The notes beneath the pieces were generated by a model, which saw only the letters and a list, made by a program, of their open reading frames with translations, was not told the DNA's origin and did no database searches. A stretch of 64,000 nucleotides of DNA from assembly GCA_023264815.1 (NCBI GenBank), contig JAHFUZ010000005.1:65842-129841 (forward strand). The letters are read 5' to 3'. This document shows, one piece after another, positions 27,597 through 36,357 of this stretch. Position numbers and translations under genes: made by a program. Source of the stretch: Arthrobacter sp. (GTDB lineage: Bacteria; Actinomycetota; Actinomycetes; Actinomycetales; Micrococcaceae). How positions within the stretch are numbered: the first letter of the stretch is position 1; the number at the start of each line of letters is the position of its first letter.

Positions 27597-28612
27597 GCAC
27601 CGTACTGCCCGGGACCCGGGCTGACGAAGCCCAGGACACTCCGCGCGTGCTGCGCCAGGTGCTGGAGCAGCAGGACTACCTCTTCCGGGCCGTGACCCGG
27701 GTGGGCGGCGGGATGGTCCTGGCCATCATGGCCCTGGTGGGCCTGTTCCTCGCCGGCAACGGCGTCGGCGCGATTGGTGAAGTAGGCCTGGGCAGGTTCC
27801 TCACCACGCAGAACTGGGCACCGGAGACCAACGACTTCGGGATCGCCGCAGTCCTTTGGGGCACCCTGCAGATTGCCACGGTGGCGTTGGCCGTGGCCAT
27901 GCCGCTGGCCCTGGGCACGGCCCTGTTCATCACCGAAGTGGCCACGGGCTGGCTGCAGAAGGCACTGACCAGCCTCATCGACCTCCTCGCCGCCGTACCG
28001 TCCGTGGTCTTCGGCCTGTGGGGGGCGTACATGCTGCAGCCCAACGTGGTGGACTTCAGCAAATGGCTGTCCACCTGGTTCGGCTGGATACCGTTCCTGC
28101 AGGTTGACGGCGTGGACCCGGCCAGCCCGCTGCGCGACACCGTGCCGTTCACGGCCTCGGCGTTCATCGCCGGCCTGGTGGTGGCCATGATGATCGTGCC
28201 GATCCAGACCTCCATCATGACCGAGTCGTTCCGCCGCGCCCCGATCGGCGAGCGCGAGGGCGCCTACGCCCTGGGCGCCACCCGGCTGGGCATGATCCGC
28301 ACCGTGGTGTTGCCCTTCGGCCGCGGCGGCATCATCGGCGGCACGATGCTGGGGCTGGGCAGGGCCTTGGGCGAGACCATCGCGATCTACCTGATCATCA
28401 GCCCGGTCTATGCGATCAATTTCCATGTCCTGGAAAAAGGCGCCAACTCAATCGCCGCCATGATCGCCCTGAAATACTCCGAATCCAACGAATCCGCGAT
28501 GGGAGCCCTGATGGCCGCCGGTCTGACGCTGTTCGTGATCACCATGCTGGTCAATATCACCGCCTCAGCCATCATGGCCAGGTCGCGGTCCGGCGCAGAA
28601 AGTGAGGGCTGA
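27593..28612 (+). CDS. pstC: Phosphate-type ABC transporter permease PstC
   Basis: 339-aa ORF. ...LIDLLAAVPSVVFGLWGAYML... and ...EGAYALGATRLGMIRTVVLPFGRGGIIGG... are typical of PstC. Confidence 0.9.
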   Translation: MSTVLPGTRADEAQDTPRVLRQVLEQQDYLFRAVTRVGGGMVLAIMALVGLFLAGNGVGAIGEVGLGRFLTTQNWAPETNDFGIAAVLWGTLQIATVALAVAMPLALGTALFITEVATGWLQKALTSLIDLLAAVPSVVFGLWGAYMLQPNVVDFSKWLSTWFGWIPFLQVDGVDPASPLRDTVPFTASAFIAGLVVAMMIVPIQTSIMTESFRRAPIGEREGAYALGATRLGMIRTVVLPFGRGGIIGGTMLGLGRALGETIAIYLIISPVYAINFHVLEKGANSIAAMIALKYSESNESAMGALMAAGLTLFVITMLVNITASAIMARSRSGAESEG

Positions 28613-28615
28613 GCC

Positions 28616-29893
28616 ATGACCACCGTGGATGAGGCACCCGCCACCACCGGGCTGCACCAAGTCACCCCGGGACAGCACCAGGCCCGGCCGACTACCCACC
28701 TTCCGCTGCTGTCCAAACCCCCGGCCGGGGATGAGGTCCGGGTGCGCGCGGGCGCCGGACGCGCCCATGTCCTCTCGCTGACCGGTTCAGCCCTCGGCGG
28801 CCTGGGCATGGGCCTGCTGCTGACGGTGGGCCTCGGCCTGATCCCTGTCGGCTGGCTGTTCATCGTGTCCTACCTGTGGTTCCTGCTGCTCTACACCGCG
28901 CTGGTGCACCTGCGGCAACCCGGACCGGCGGTACGCAACGGCCTGGTGACGGTGCTGCTCAGCTCCGCGGGCGCCGCCGTCGCCGGCACGCTGGGACTGG
29001 TGGTGATGTTCACCTTCGCCCGCGGGCAGGAAGCCCTGTTCCACCTGAACTTCTTCACCACAGACATGACCGGCGCCGGGCCCCTGTCCGGCCTGGACCA
29101 GGGCGGCGTGCTGCACGCACTGGTGGGAACGCTGGAACAGATCGGCATCGCCCTGGCCATCACCATTCCGCTGGGACTGACGACGGCGGTGTTCCTCAAC
29201 GAGGTGGGCGGCCGCTTCGCCCGGATGGTACGCACCGTGGTGGAGGCAATGACGGCGCTGCCTTCGGTGGTGGCTGGACTGTTCATCTATGCCGCGGTGG
29301 TGATGTCCATCACGCACCAGACCAACGGCCTGGCCGCGTCCCTGGCCATCACCGTCCTGATGCTGCCCATCATGATCCGCTCATCCGACGTCGTGCTCCG
29401 CCTGGTGCCAGGCAACCTGCGCGAGGCGGGCCTGGCCCTGGGCGCGGGACAGTGGCGCGTGGTGTGGCACATTGTGCTGCCGACGGTCCGCTCAGGCCTG
29501 ACCACCGGAATCATCCTGGCCACGGCCCATGGCATCGGCGAAACCGCGCCCGTACTGCTGACCTCCGGCTTCACCGGCGTTATGAACGTCAACCCGTTTT
29601 CCGGTCCGCAGACGCCGCTGCCCCTGGCGGCGCTGGACTACGTCCGCTCCCCCGTGCCGGGAATGGTGGCGCGTGGGTTTGCCACCGCGGCCTTCCTGCT
29701 CTTCGTGGTGCTGGTGCTGTTCATCATCGCCCGGATCATCGGCGGACAGGACGCCGGCAAACAGACAGAAGCCCAGGCACGCCGCGCGGCAGCCAGGTCC
29801 CGGCGCGATCTGCCGCGCATTGAACGCAACCATGCCCGGCTGTTGGCGGGCATGGCCACGGCCCCTACCGACAATCTGCAGGAGAAACCATGA
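28616..29893 (+). CDS. pstA: Phosphate-type ABC transporter permease PstA with a long N-terminal extension
   Basis: 425-aa ORF. ...FLNEVGGRFARMVRTVVEAMTALPSVVAGLFIY... and ...REAGLALGAGQWRVVWHIVLPTVRSGLTTG... are PstA-like. The first 60 or so residues are non-membrane and Pro/Thr/Gly-rich. Confidence 0.88.
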   Translation: MTTVDEAPATTGLHQVTPGQHQARPTTHLPLLSKPPAGDEVRVRAGAGRAHVLSLTGSALGGLGMGLLLTVGLGLIPVGWLFIVSYLWFLLLYTALVHLRQPGPAVRNGLVTVLLSSAGAAVAGTLGLVVMFTFARGQEALFHLNFFTTDMTGAGPLSGLDQGGVLHALVGTLEQIGIALAITIPLGLTTAVFLNEVGGRFARMVRTVVEAMTALPSVVAGLFIYAAVVMSITHQTNGLAASLAITVLMLPIMIRSSDVVLRLVPGNLREAGLALGAGQWRVVWHIVLPTVRSGLTTGIILATAHGIGETAPVLLTSGFTGVMNVNPFSGPQTPLPLAALDYVRSPVPGMVARGFATAAFLLFVVLVLFIIARIIGGQDAGKQTEAQARRAAARSRRDLPRIERNHARLLAGMATAPTDNLQEKP

Positions 29894-31584
29894 TCCGCCC
29901 CCTTTCCACGCGACGGACCTTCCCGGCGGTCCTGGGAATCCTGCTGTCCTTGGGCATGGTCTTCGCCGGCCTCGCCCCCGCCCAGGCCGCCAACTACCTG
30001 CGCATTGGCGGTTCCGGTTCCTCTTGGGCCGGCAACGCGCTCCAGGACTGGGTGGCGCGGGTGGGAGCCCAGGGCGTGACTGTGGACTACGAAAACAAGG
30101 GCTCCTCCACCGGGCGCAAGGAATTCGCAGACCAGATGAAGCAGTTCGCCGTCTCGGAAATCCCCTACACCGGTGACACCGCCGACCCGCGGGACAACAG
30201 CATGCCCGGCTTCTCCTACGGCATGTTGCCCGTGGTGGCCGGCGGCACCGCCTTTATGTACAACCTCAAGGCGGGCAGCTCGCGCCTGACCAGCCTGAAG
30301 CTCTCGCAGCCGGCCATCGCCAAGATCTTCACCGGCCAAGTCACCCGCTGGAACGATCCCCTCATCACGGCCGACAACCCCGGCGTGGCCCTGCCGGACG
30401 CCACCATCAACGTGGTGGTCCGCTCGGACGGTTCCGGCGCGACGGCCCAGTTCACGCTCTGGCTGCTGCGCCAGTTCCCGGCCGACTACGCCAAGCTGTG
30501 CGCCGTCACGGGCTGCGACCCGCAGCATGCCACATCCTTCTTCCCCACCCAGGGGCTGAAGAACTTCGTGGCACAGAACGGGTCGCAGGGCGTCACCACG
30601 TACTCCGCCAATAACCAGTTCACCATCAACTATGACGAATACTCCTACGCCCAGGGCATCGGCTTCCCGGTGGCGCAGGTCAAGAACGCTGCCGGCTTCT
30701 ACACACTGCCCACCGAACACGCTGTGGCGGTGGCCCTGACCCAGGCAGGCATCAACCAGGACAAGGGGTCGGCCAACTACCTGTCCCAGGACCTTTCCAA
30801 GGTCTACGGCTACAAGGACCCGCGCACCTATCCGATGTCCGCCTACTCATACATGATTGTCCCGACGCAGGCCACGAATGCGCTGAACCCCGCCCAGGGC
30901 GCCACGCTGGGATTCTTCGCCAACTTTGCGTTGTGTGAAGGCCAGCGTCCCATGGGCCAGCTCGGCTACTCGCCGCTGCCCATGAACCTGGTCCTGGCCG
31001 GGATGGAGCAGATCCGCAAGATCCCCGGCGTTGACCAGGAAACCGTCCAGAAGATGGACCAGACCCGGGACAGCGTGGCCGGCGGGTCAACGCCCGCCTG
31101 CAACAACCCCACCTTCAAGCCCGGCGACTCGCCCTCCGCCAACCAGCTGGTCCGCACGGCACCGTTCGACAAGTCCTGCGACGCCGCCTGCCAGGCGCCG
31201 TGGCGCGGTGCCGATGCTGCCGTCAACCAGGGCCCCGGCGGTCCCGCGGCGGGTACGGGGCCGGCGGCCGCCGCCGCCACCGACGTCCCGGCCGAGGCCG
31301 GCCCGGCAGCCACCACGGACCCCGCCGCCGCCGCGGCGGCAGAGGCCTGCGACCCGGATAGCGGAAGCTGCGCCGCCGTAGCAGCCGGAGCATCGAGCGG
31401 TACCGGCGCCGGCCAGCAGCTGACCCCGGTCACCACCACCCTGGCCTCCAGCCGCGGCTGGGGCCAGCCACAGAACCTGCTGCTGATCATCGGCGGGCTG
31501 GTTGGCCTGCTGGTGCTGGTGCCGCCGCTGGCCGCCGGCGTGTTCTCCCGGCGGGCGGGCAGCAAGAGCGGCACCAAGGCATGA
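29890..31584 (+). CDS. pstS: PstS-like substrate-binding protein with a ~200-aa Cys- and Ala/Pro-rich C-terminal extension and a C-terminal membrane/sorting-like tail
   Basis: Signal peptide ...GLAPAQAANY with no lipobox Cys. PstS motifs are GGSGSSWAGNALQDW, NKGSSTGRKEF, LKLSQPAIAKIFTGQVTRWNDP, VVVRSDGSGATAQFTLWL and GYSPLP. The tail is ...NLLLIIGGLVGLLVLVPPLAAGVFSRRAGSKSGTKA. Confidence 0.85.
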   Translation: MIRPLSTRRTFPAVLGILLSLGMVFAGLAPAQAANYLRIGGSGSSWAGNALQDWVARVGAQGVTVDYENKGSSTGRKEFADQMKQFAVSEIPYTGDTADPRDNSMPGFSYGMLPVVAGGTAFMYNLKAGSSRLTSLKLSQPAIAKIFTGQVTRWNDPLITADNPGVALPDATINVVVRSDGSGATAQFTLWLLRQFPADYAKLCAVTGCDPQHATSFFPTQGLKNFVAQNGSQGVTTYSANNQFTINYDEYSYAQGIGFPVAQVKNAAGFYTLPTEHAVAVALTQAGINQDKGSANYLSQDLSKVYGYKDPRTYPMSAYSYMIVPTQATNALNPAQGATLGFFANFALCEGQRPMGQLGYSPLPMNLVLAGMEQIRKIPGVDQETVQKMDQTRDSVAGGSTPACNNPTFKPGDSPSANQLVRTAPFDKSCDAACQAPWRGADAAVNQGPGGPAAGTGPAAAAATDVPAEAGPAATTDPAAAAAAEACDPDSGSCAAVAAGASSGTGAGQQLTPVTTTLASSRGWGQPQNLLLIIGGLVGLLVLVPPLAAGVFSRRAGSKSGTKA

Positions 31585-32543
31585 CCGCCACCCTGACCGG
31601 CCGCCGCCAGCCCGATCCCCGCTCCGCCTACCGCGGGGTCCTGACCTGGGTGCGCCGGAATGCCCGACGGCGGGCCGCACCCCTGCGCGTTCCGCCGTCA
31701 CCGCGGCGCAAGGCGCTGTCCCTGGGGCTGTCGATGGTTTCGGTACTCCTTTTCGGGCAGCTCATCAACGTGGTGGTCATTTCCCAGGTGCAGCACGCCA
31801 CCACCCAGGCCAGGCTCTTCGATGACCTGCGGACCAGCCTGGCGGAAGGGTCTGCGCCGCTGGGCCAGACCGGCCCTGAAGGTGCCCTCGTGGCGCCCGG
31901 CACGCCTCTGGCACTGCTGTCCATTCCCTCACTGAACCTGACCGAGACGGTGGTGGAGGGGACGGCCTCGCGCGAGCTCATGGACGGCGTGGGGCACCGG
32001 CGGGATACTCCCCTGCCGGGCCAGAGCGGCACCAGTGTGCTGATGGGCCGTGCCGCCGCCTACGGCGGGGTCTTCGGGCAACTGGGCCGCCTCGCACCCG
32101 GCGAACGGTTCACTGTTACCACCGGCCTGGGCGTCGCCGAGTACGAGGTGACCGGCCAGCGCCGGGCCGGTGATCCGGGCCCGGCCGTGCTCAAAGGTGA
32201 CGAAGGGCGGCTGACCCTGACCACCGCCGCGGGCTACGCCTTCCTGCCCGACGGGGTCCTGCGGGTGGATGCAAAGCTGGTTTCCACGCCCCATCCCAAG
32301 GCGGCGCCCGTGCTGTATGCGGCCTCGCTCAAGGACTCCGAACTGCCCTTGGGATCCGATACCTCCGACCTGGTGGGCCTCCTGGTGTGCCTGGAACTGC
32401 TGATTGTTGCCGCCGCCGGCGCGGTGTGGTCCTGGTACCGCTGGGGCCAGCGGGAAACCTGGCTGGTGTTCCTGCCGGCCCTCGGTGCCCTGTCCGTCCT
32501 GACCGGGACCCAGGTCAACCTCCTGCTGCCCAACCTGCTTTAG
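31581..32543 (+). CDS. Sortase-fold membrane protein (class E-like) lacking the catalytic His and Cys; putative pseudo-sortase
   Basis: ...LSIPSLNLTETVVEGTASRELMDGVGHRRDTPLPGQSGTSVLMGRAAAYGGVFGQLGRLAPGERFTV...GRLTLTTAAGYAF...VLRVDAKLV follows the sortase landmarks. These are PGxxGNxxxAGH(R), TLxTC and the Arg strand, but here they read MGR instead of AGH and TLTTA instead of TLTTC. There is an N-terminal TM helix plus two extra C-terminal helices. Confidence 0.75.
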   Translation: MTATLTGRRQPDPRSAYRGVLTWVRRNARRRAAPLRVPPSPRRKALSLGLSMVSVLLFGQLINVVVISQVQHATTQARLFDDLRTSLAEGSAPLGQTGPEGALVAPGTPLALLSIPSLNLTETVVEGTASRELMDGVGHRRDTPLPGQSGTSVLMGRAAAYGGVFGQLGRLAPGERFTVTTGLGVAEYEVTGQRRAGDPGPAVLKGDEGRLTLTTAAGYAFLPDGVLRVDAKLVSTPHPKAAPVLYAASLKDSELPLGSDTSDLVGLLVCLELLIVAAAGAVWSWYRWGQRETWLVFLPALGALSVLTGTQVNLLLPNLL

Positions 32544-32568
32544 TGAAAATGCCACAGAAAGAACTGCC

Positions 32569-33432
<864 letters not shown>

Positions 33433-34164
33433 ATGCGGCGGGCCAGAACAGCCGCCGCACGCGGACGCCGTCGGGTCCTGAACATTGCCGCGGCAGCGCT
33501 GACGACGCTGGGCCTGGCGGTGGTGCTCGTCTACGGTGTCCCGCTGCTCAGCGGGACACCGCCGTTGCTCGCTGTCCCGGGCCAACCCTCCGGGCCCGCG
33601 CCACGCCCGGCTGTAGACGGGACTGAAGGCGCGGCGGCCCCGCTGGTGATCGGGACACCTGAAGAGGCTGAATCCGTGGCAGCCCGCGAGCTGGTGCGGA
33701 CCCCCGCACGGCCCGGCCAGCCGGTGCGGGTGCAGCTGCCGCGGCTGGGTATGGACATCCCGGTGCTGCCCATGGCGCTGCCGGCGGACCGCCGCGTCAA
33801 CCCGCCGTCGAACGGGTTCGCGTACTGGATCAGCGATTTTGGACCGTCCGGCTCCGGTGCGACCAACACCACCTATCTGGCCGCGCACTCGTGGAACCTG
33901 GGATATTCGGCGTTCAACGGCCTGATGGACATTGCGGCCGGCACCGGCAGGGTGCAGCAGGGCGACGCCATCCTGGTCACCACCCCGGAAGGCGTCACCA
34001 GCTACACGGTGACGGGCGCGGGCGGCTACGTGAAGACCACCCTGGGGCAGCAGCAGAACCTGTGGGACGCCGTGCCCGGCCGGCTGGTCCTGCTGACCTG
34101 CTTCCAGCTCAACGATGCCGGCGCCAACGAAAACTACATCGTCTACGCCGAGCGGACCTCCTGA
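33433..34164 (+). CDS. Class F-like sortase (transpeptidase) with the catalytic His and Cys present
   Basis: N-terminal signal-anchor VLNIAAAALTTLGLAVVLVY, then ...VQLPRLGMDIPVLPM..., TTYLAAHSW (His), GDAILVTTPEGVTSYTV and GRLVLLTCFQ (Cys). The start codon directly abuts the pstB stop. Confidence 0.82.
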   Translation: MRRARTAAARGRRRVLNIAAAALTTLGLAVVLVYGVPLLSGTPPLLAVPGQPSGPAPRPAVDGTEGAAAPLVIGTPEEAESVAARELVRTPARPGQPVRVQLPRLGMDIPVLPMALPADRRVNPPSNGFAYWISDFGPSGSGATNTTYLAAHSWNLGYSAFNGLMDIAAGTGRVQQGDAILVTTPEGVTSYTVTGAGGYVKTTLGQQQNLWDAVPGRLVLLTCFQLNDAGANENYIVYAERTS

Positions 34165-34172
34165 ACTGCGGC

Positions 34173-35171
34173 CTAACCGTTCCCGCCCAGCGGGACCACG
34201 TCGCCCTCCCGGTACAGGAGCGCACGGAGTTCGGACTCGGCCGACTGTGTCCGGTGCGCGTCGATGGTCTCCCCCGCGGCAAAATGGTCCAGGAGCCGGG
34301 GGTCAACGTAGCTCTTGCGGGCGATCGACGGCGTGTTCCCCAGCACCGCCGCTGCGTCTTCCATGGCCATGCTGATGGCACGCTTCCGCGCCGCCACCCT
34401 GTCCTGCGGACCGCTGCGCGCCAGGCTGATGGCTGCCGCGACTGTCCCGTGCAGCGTCCGGAAGTCCTTGGCCGTGAAGTCCGAGCCGGTGCGCTCCTTG
34501 ACGTAGGCGTTGATGTCCGCGGCGGTGACAGGATGCCAGGCCCGCCCATTCTTATACGCGAGCAGCCGGGCGTTGCCACCGCGTCGCTTGAGGGTGCGCA
34601 CCAGGGCGGCGAGGTCGGCGTCGTGGATTTCCGATTCCCAGTCCTTGCCGCTCTTGGCCGGGAACCTCAGCTCCAGGCATTCCTTCCTCACATGGACGTG
34701 GGCGCACAGGAGGGTGGCCAGGCCGCGGCTGCCGTTCTGGTTGGTGTAGCGCTCGGACCCCACGCGCAGGGAGCCGCTGTCCAGCATCCTGAACGCCGCC
34801 GCCAGCACGCGTTCGCGGCCGTGGCCGTCGCTGCGCAGGTCAAGGGTGACCAGCCGGCGGGCGGTGGGCAGCGACTCCGCGAGCTGCAGGGCGCGGTCGA
34901 ACTTCAGCCGGTCCTTCCGCTCACGCCACTCGGGATGGTAGATGTACTGCCGCCTTCCCACGGCGTCCAGTCCGGTCGCCTGGATGTGCCCGTTGTCGAA
35001 CGGGGCAATCCACACGTCCGTCCAGGCCGGCGGGATCCCAATGCTTTCCAGCCTGTCCCGCACCGGTCCGGGTGGCAGCGTGGAGCCGTCCAGGTCCCGG
35101 TAGCTGAAGCCGGTTCCGGCGGCGACGCGCCGGTAGCCGCGGCCGTTTGCGTTGCTGCGGCGGAGCCTCAC
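34173..35171 (-). CDS. Bacterial type IB DNA topoisomerase (poxvirus-like TopIB)
   Basis: ...VRLRRSNANGRGYRRV..GFSYRD..., ...RFPAKSGKDWE..., ...FTAKDFRTLHGT... and the catalytic Tyr region ARKSYVDPR. The start is ambiguous: GTG at 35171 is preferred because conserved sequence begins there, and the alternative is ATG at 35246. Confidence 0.85.
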   Translation of the reverse strand: MRLRRSNANGRGYRRVAAGTGFSYRDLDGSTLPPGPVRDRLESIGIPPAWTDVWIAPFDNGHIQATGLDAVGRRQYIYHPEWRERKDRLKFDRALQLAESLPTARRLVTLDLRSDGHGRERVLAAAFRMLDSGSLRVGSERYTNQNGSRGLATLLCAHVHVRKECLELRFPAKSGKDWESEIHDADLAALVRTLKRRGGNARLLAYKNGRAWHPVTAADINAYVKERTGSDFTAKDFRTLHGTVAAAISLARSGPQDRVAARKRAISMAMEDAAAVLGNTPSIARKSYVDPRLLDHFAAGETIDAHRTQSAESELRALLYREGDVVPLGGNG

Positions 35172-35252
35172 GCGGCGTCCTGCCAGGTCATCCGTTCCAT
35201 AAAGGCAAGCGTACTGACTAATTGGCGGAATACGCTCCGGGAGCATGATGTT

Positions 35253-36311
35253 ATGGACAACGTGCCTACTCCCCATGGATCCGCGTCCCCCACCCAAGCC
35301 ACCGCCGGTCAGCCGGCCGGCGGTCCGAAGGTTAGCGGGGCGGGAAGCAAAGCTGCGGGCCCCAAGGTCCCGGCGCTCAAGGCTGTAGACAAAGATACGA
35401 CGGCGGGAATCCTCTTCGGCGTCGGCGCCTACGGGCTGTGGGGGCTGCTGCCGGTGTACTTCGTGGCGCTGATGCCCGCGGGGCCGGTGGAGATCGTGGC
35501 CAACCGCGTGGTGTGGTCGCTGGTGTTCTGTATCCTGCTGATCACCGCCACCCGGTCCTGGCGTGCCTTGGCCAATGCTTTCCGGAACCGTTCTGTTTTC
35601 GGCGCCCTGGCCATCGCCAGCGCCCTGATCGGCGCCAACTGGCTCATCTTCACGTACGGCGTGACCACGGGCCAGGCGGTCGAGGCGTCGCTGGGCTACT
35701 TCATCAACCCGCTCGTCTCGGTCCTCCTCGGTGTGCTGGTCCTGAAGGAGAAGCTGCGCCCGCTCCAGTGGGCCGCCGTCGGAATCGGTTTTGTGGCCGT
35801 GGGCGTGCTCACGGTGAGTTACGGCAAGCTGCCATGGATCGCCCTGGGGCTGGCCTTCAGTTTCGGGTTCTACGGGTTTGTGAAAAAGCGCGTCGGCTCG
35901 AAGGTGGATGCCGTGACGAGCCTGAGCGTGGAGACCATAGTGCTGGCCCCGCTGGCCGCGGGCACCATGGTGTTCCTGGCCCTGGCCGGTTCCGCCACAC
36001 TGGCCAGCCAGGGCCCCGGTCATTTCTGGCTCCTCGTGGCGTCCGGCGTGATCACCGCCGTACCGCTGCTGTTCTTTGGCGCCTCAGCCCGGCGGTTGCC
36101 GCTGACCACCATCGGGCTGCTGCAGTACCTCGCACCGGTGCTGCAGTTCATCATGGCGCTGCTGGTGTTCCACGAAACCATGACGCCGGACCGCTGGATT
36201 GGCTTCGGTGTGGTGTGGCTGGCGCTGCTGGTCCTGACCGTGGATACACTGCGTGCGGCCGGCAGGAAATCGTTGGCCAGGAAGCAGGCACGGCTGAACG
36301 CCGCCCCCTGA
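35253..36311 (+). CDS. rarD: RarD protein (EamA/DMT family transporter)
   Basis: ...GILFGVGAYGLWGLLPVYF... and ...SLGYFINPLVSVLLGVLVLKEKLRPLQW... are typical of RarD. The ~45-aa Ala/Gly/Pro-rich N-terminal extension makes the start uncertain. Only the 3' part of the 806-aa track ORF is used. Confidence 0.85.
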   Translation: MDNVPTPHGSASPTQATAGQPAGGPKVSGAGSKAAGPKVPALKAVDKDTTAGILFGVGAYGLWGLLPVYFVALMPAGPVEIVANRVVWSLVFCILLITATRSWRALANAFRNRSVFGALAIASALIGANWLIFTYGVTTGQAVEASLGYFINPLVSVLLGVLVLKEKLRPLQWAAVGIGFVAVGVLTVSYGKLPWIALGLAFSFGFYGFVKKRVGSKVDAVTSLSVETIVLAPLAAGTMVFLALAGSATLASQGPGHFWLLVASGVITAVPLLFFGASARRLPLTTIGLLQYLAPVLQFIMALLVFHETMTPDRWIGFGVVWLALLVLTVDTLRAAGRKSLARKQARLNAAP

Positions 36312-36336
36312 CACTGCGCTGCAGGGGGCGGCGTTC
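36296..36336. terminator. Bidirectional stem-loop between convergent rarD and gabT
   Basis: Perfect 15-bp stem: gaacgccgccccctg (36296-36310) pairs with cagggggcggcgttc (36322-36336), with an 11-nt loop. It overlaps the rarD stop. Confidence 0.7.
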
Positions 36337-36357
36337 CAGTCCTGCGGGTCAATGCTG

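Noticed and set aside
33891-35252. 5' two-thirds of the 806-aa plus-strand ORF 33891-36311
   Set aside because: This part is antisense to the TopIB gene and overlaps the sortase gene's 3' end out of frame. Only the 3' portion from ATG 35253 has RarD/EamA-like sequence.
35247-36023. 5' extension of the 616-aa minus-strand ORF 34173-36023
   Set aside because: It is antisense to rarD. TopIB-like sequence begins only near 35171-35246.
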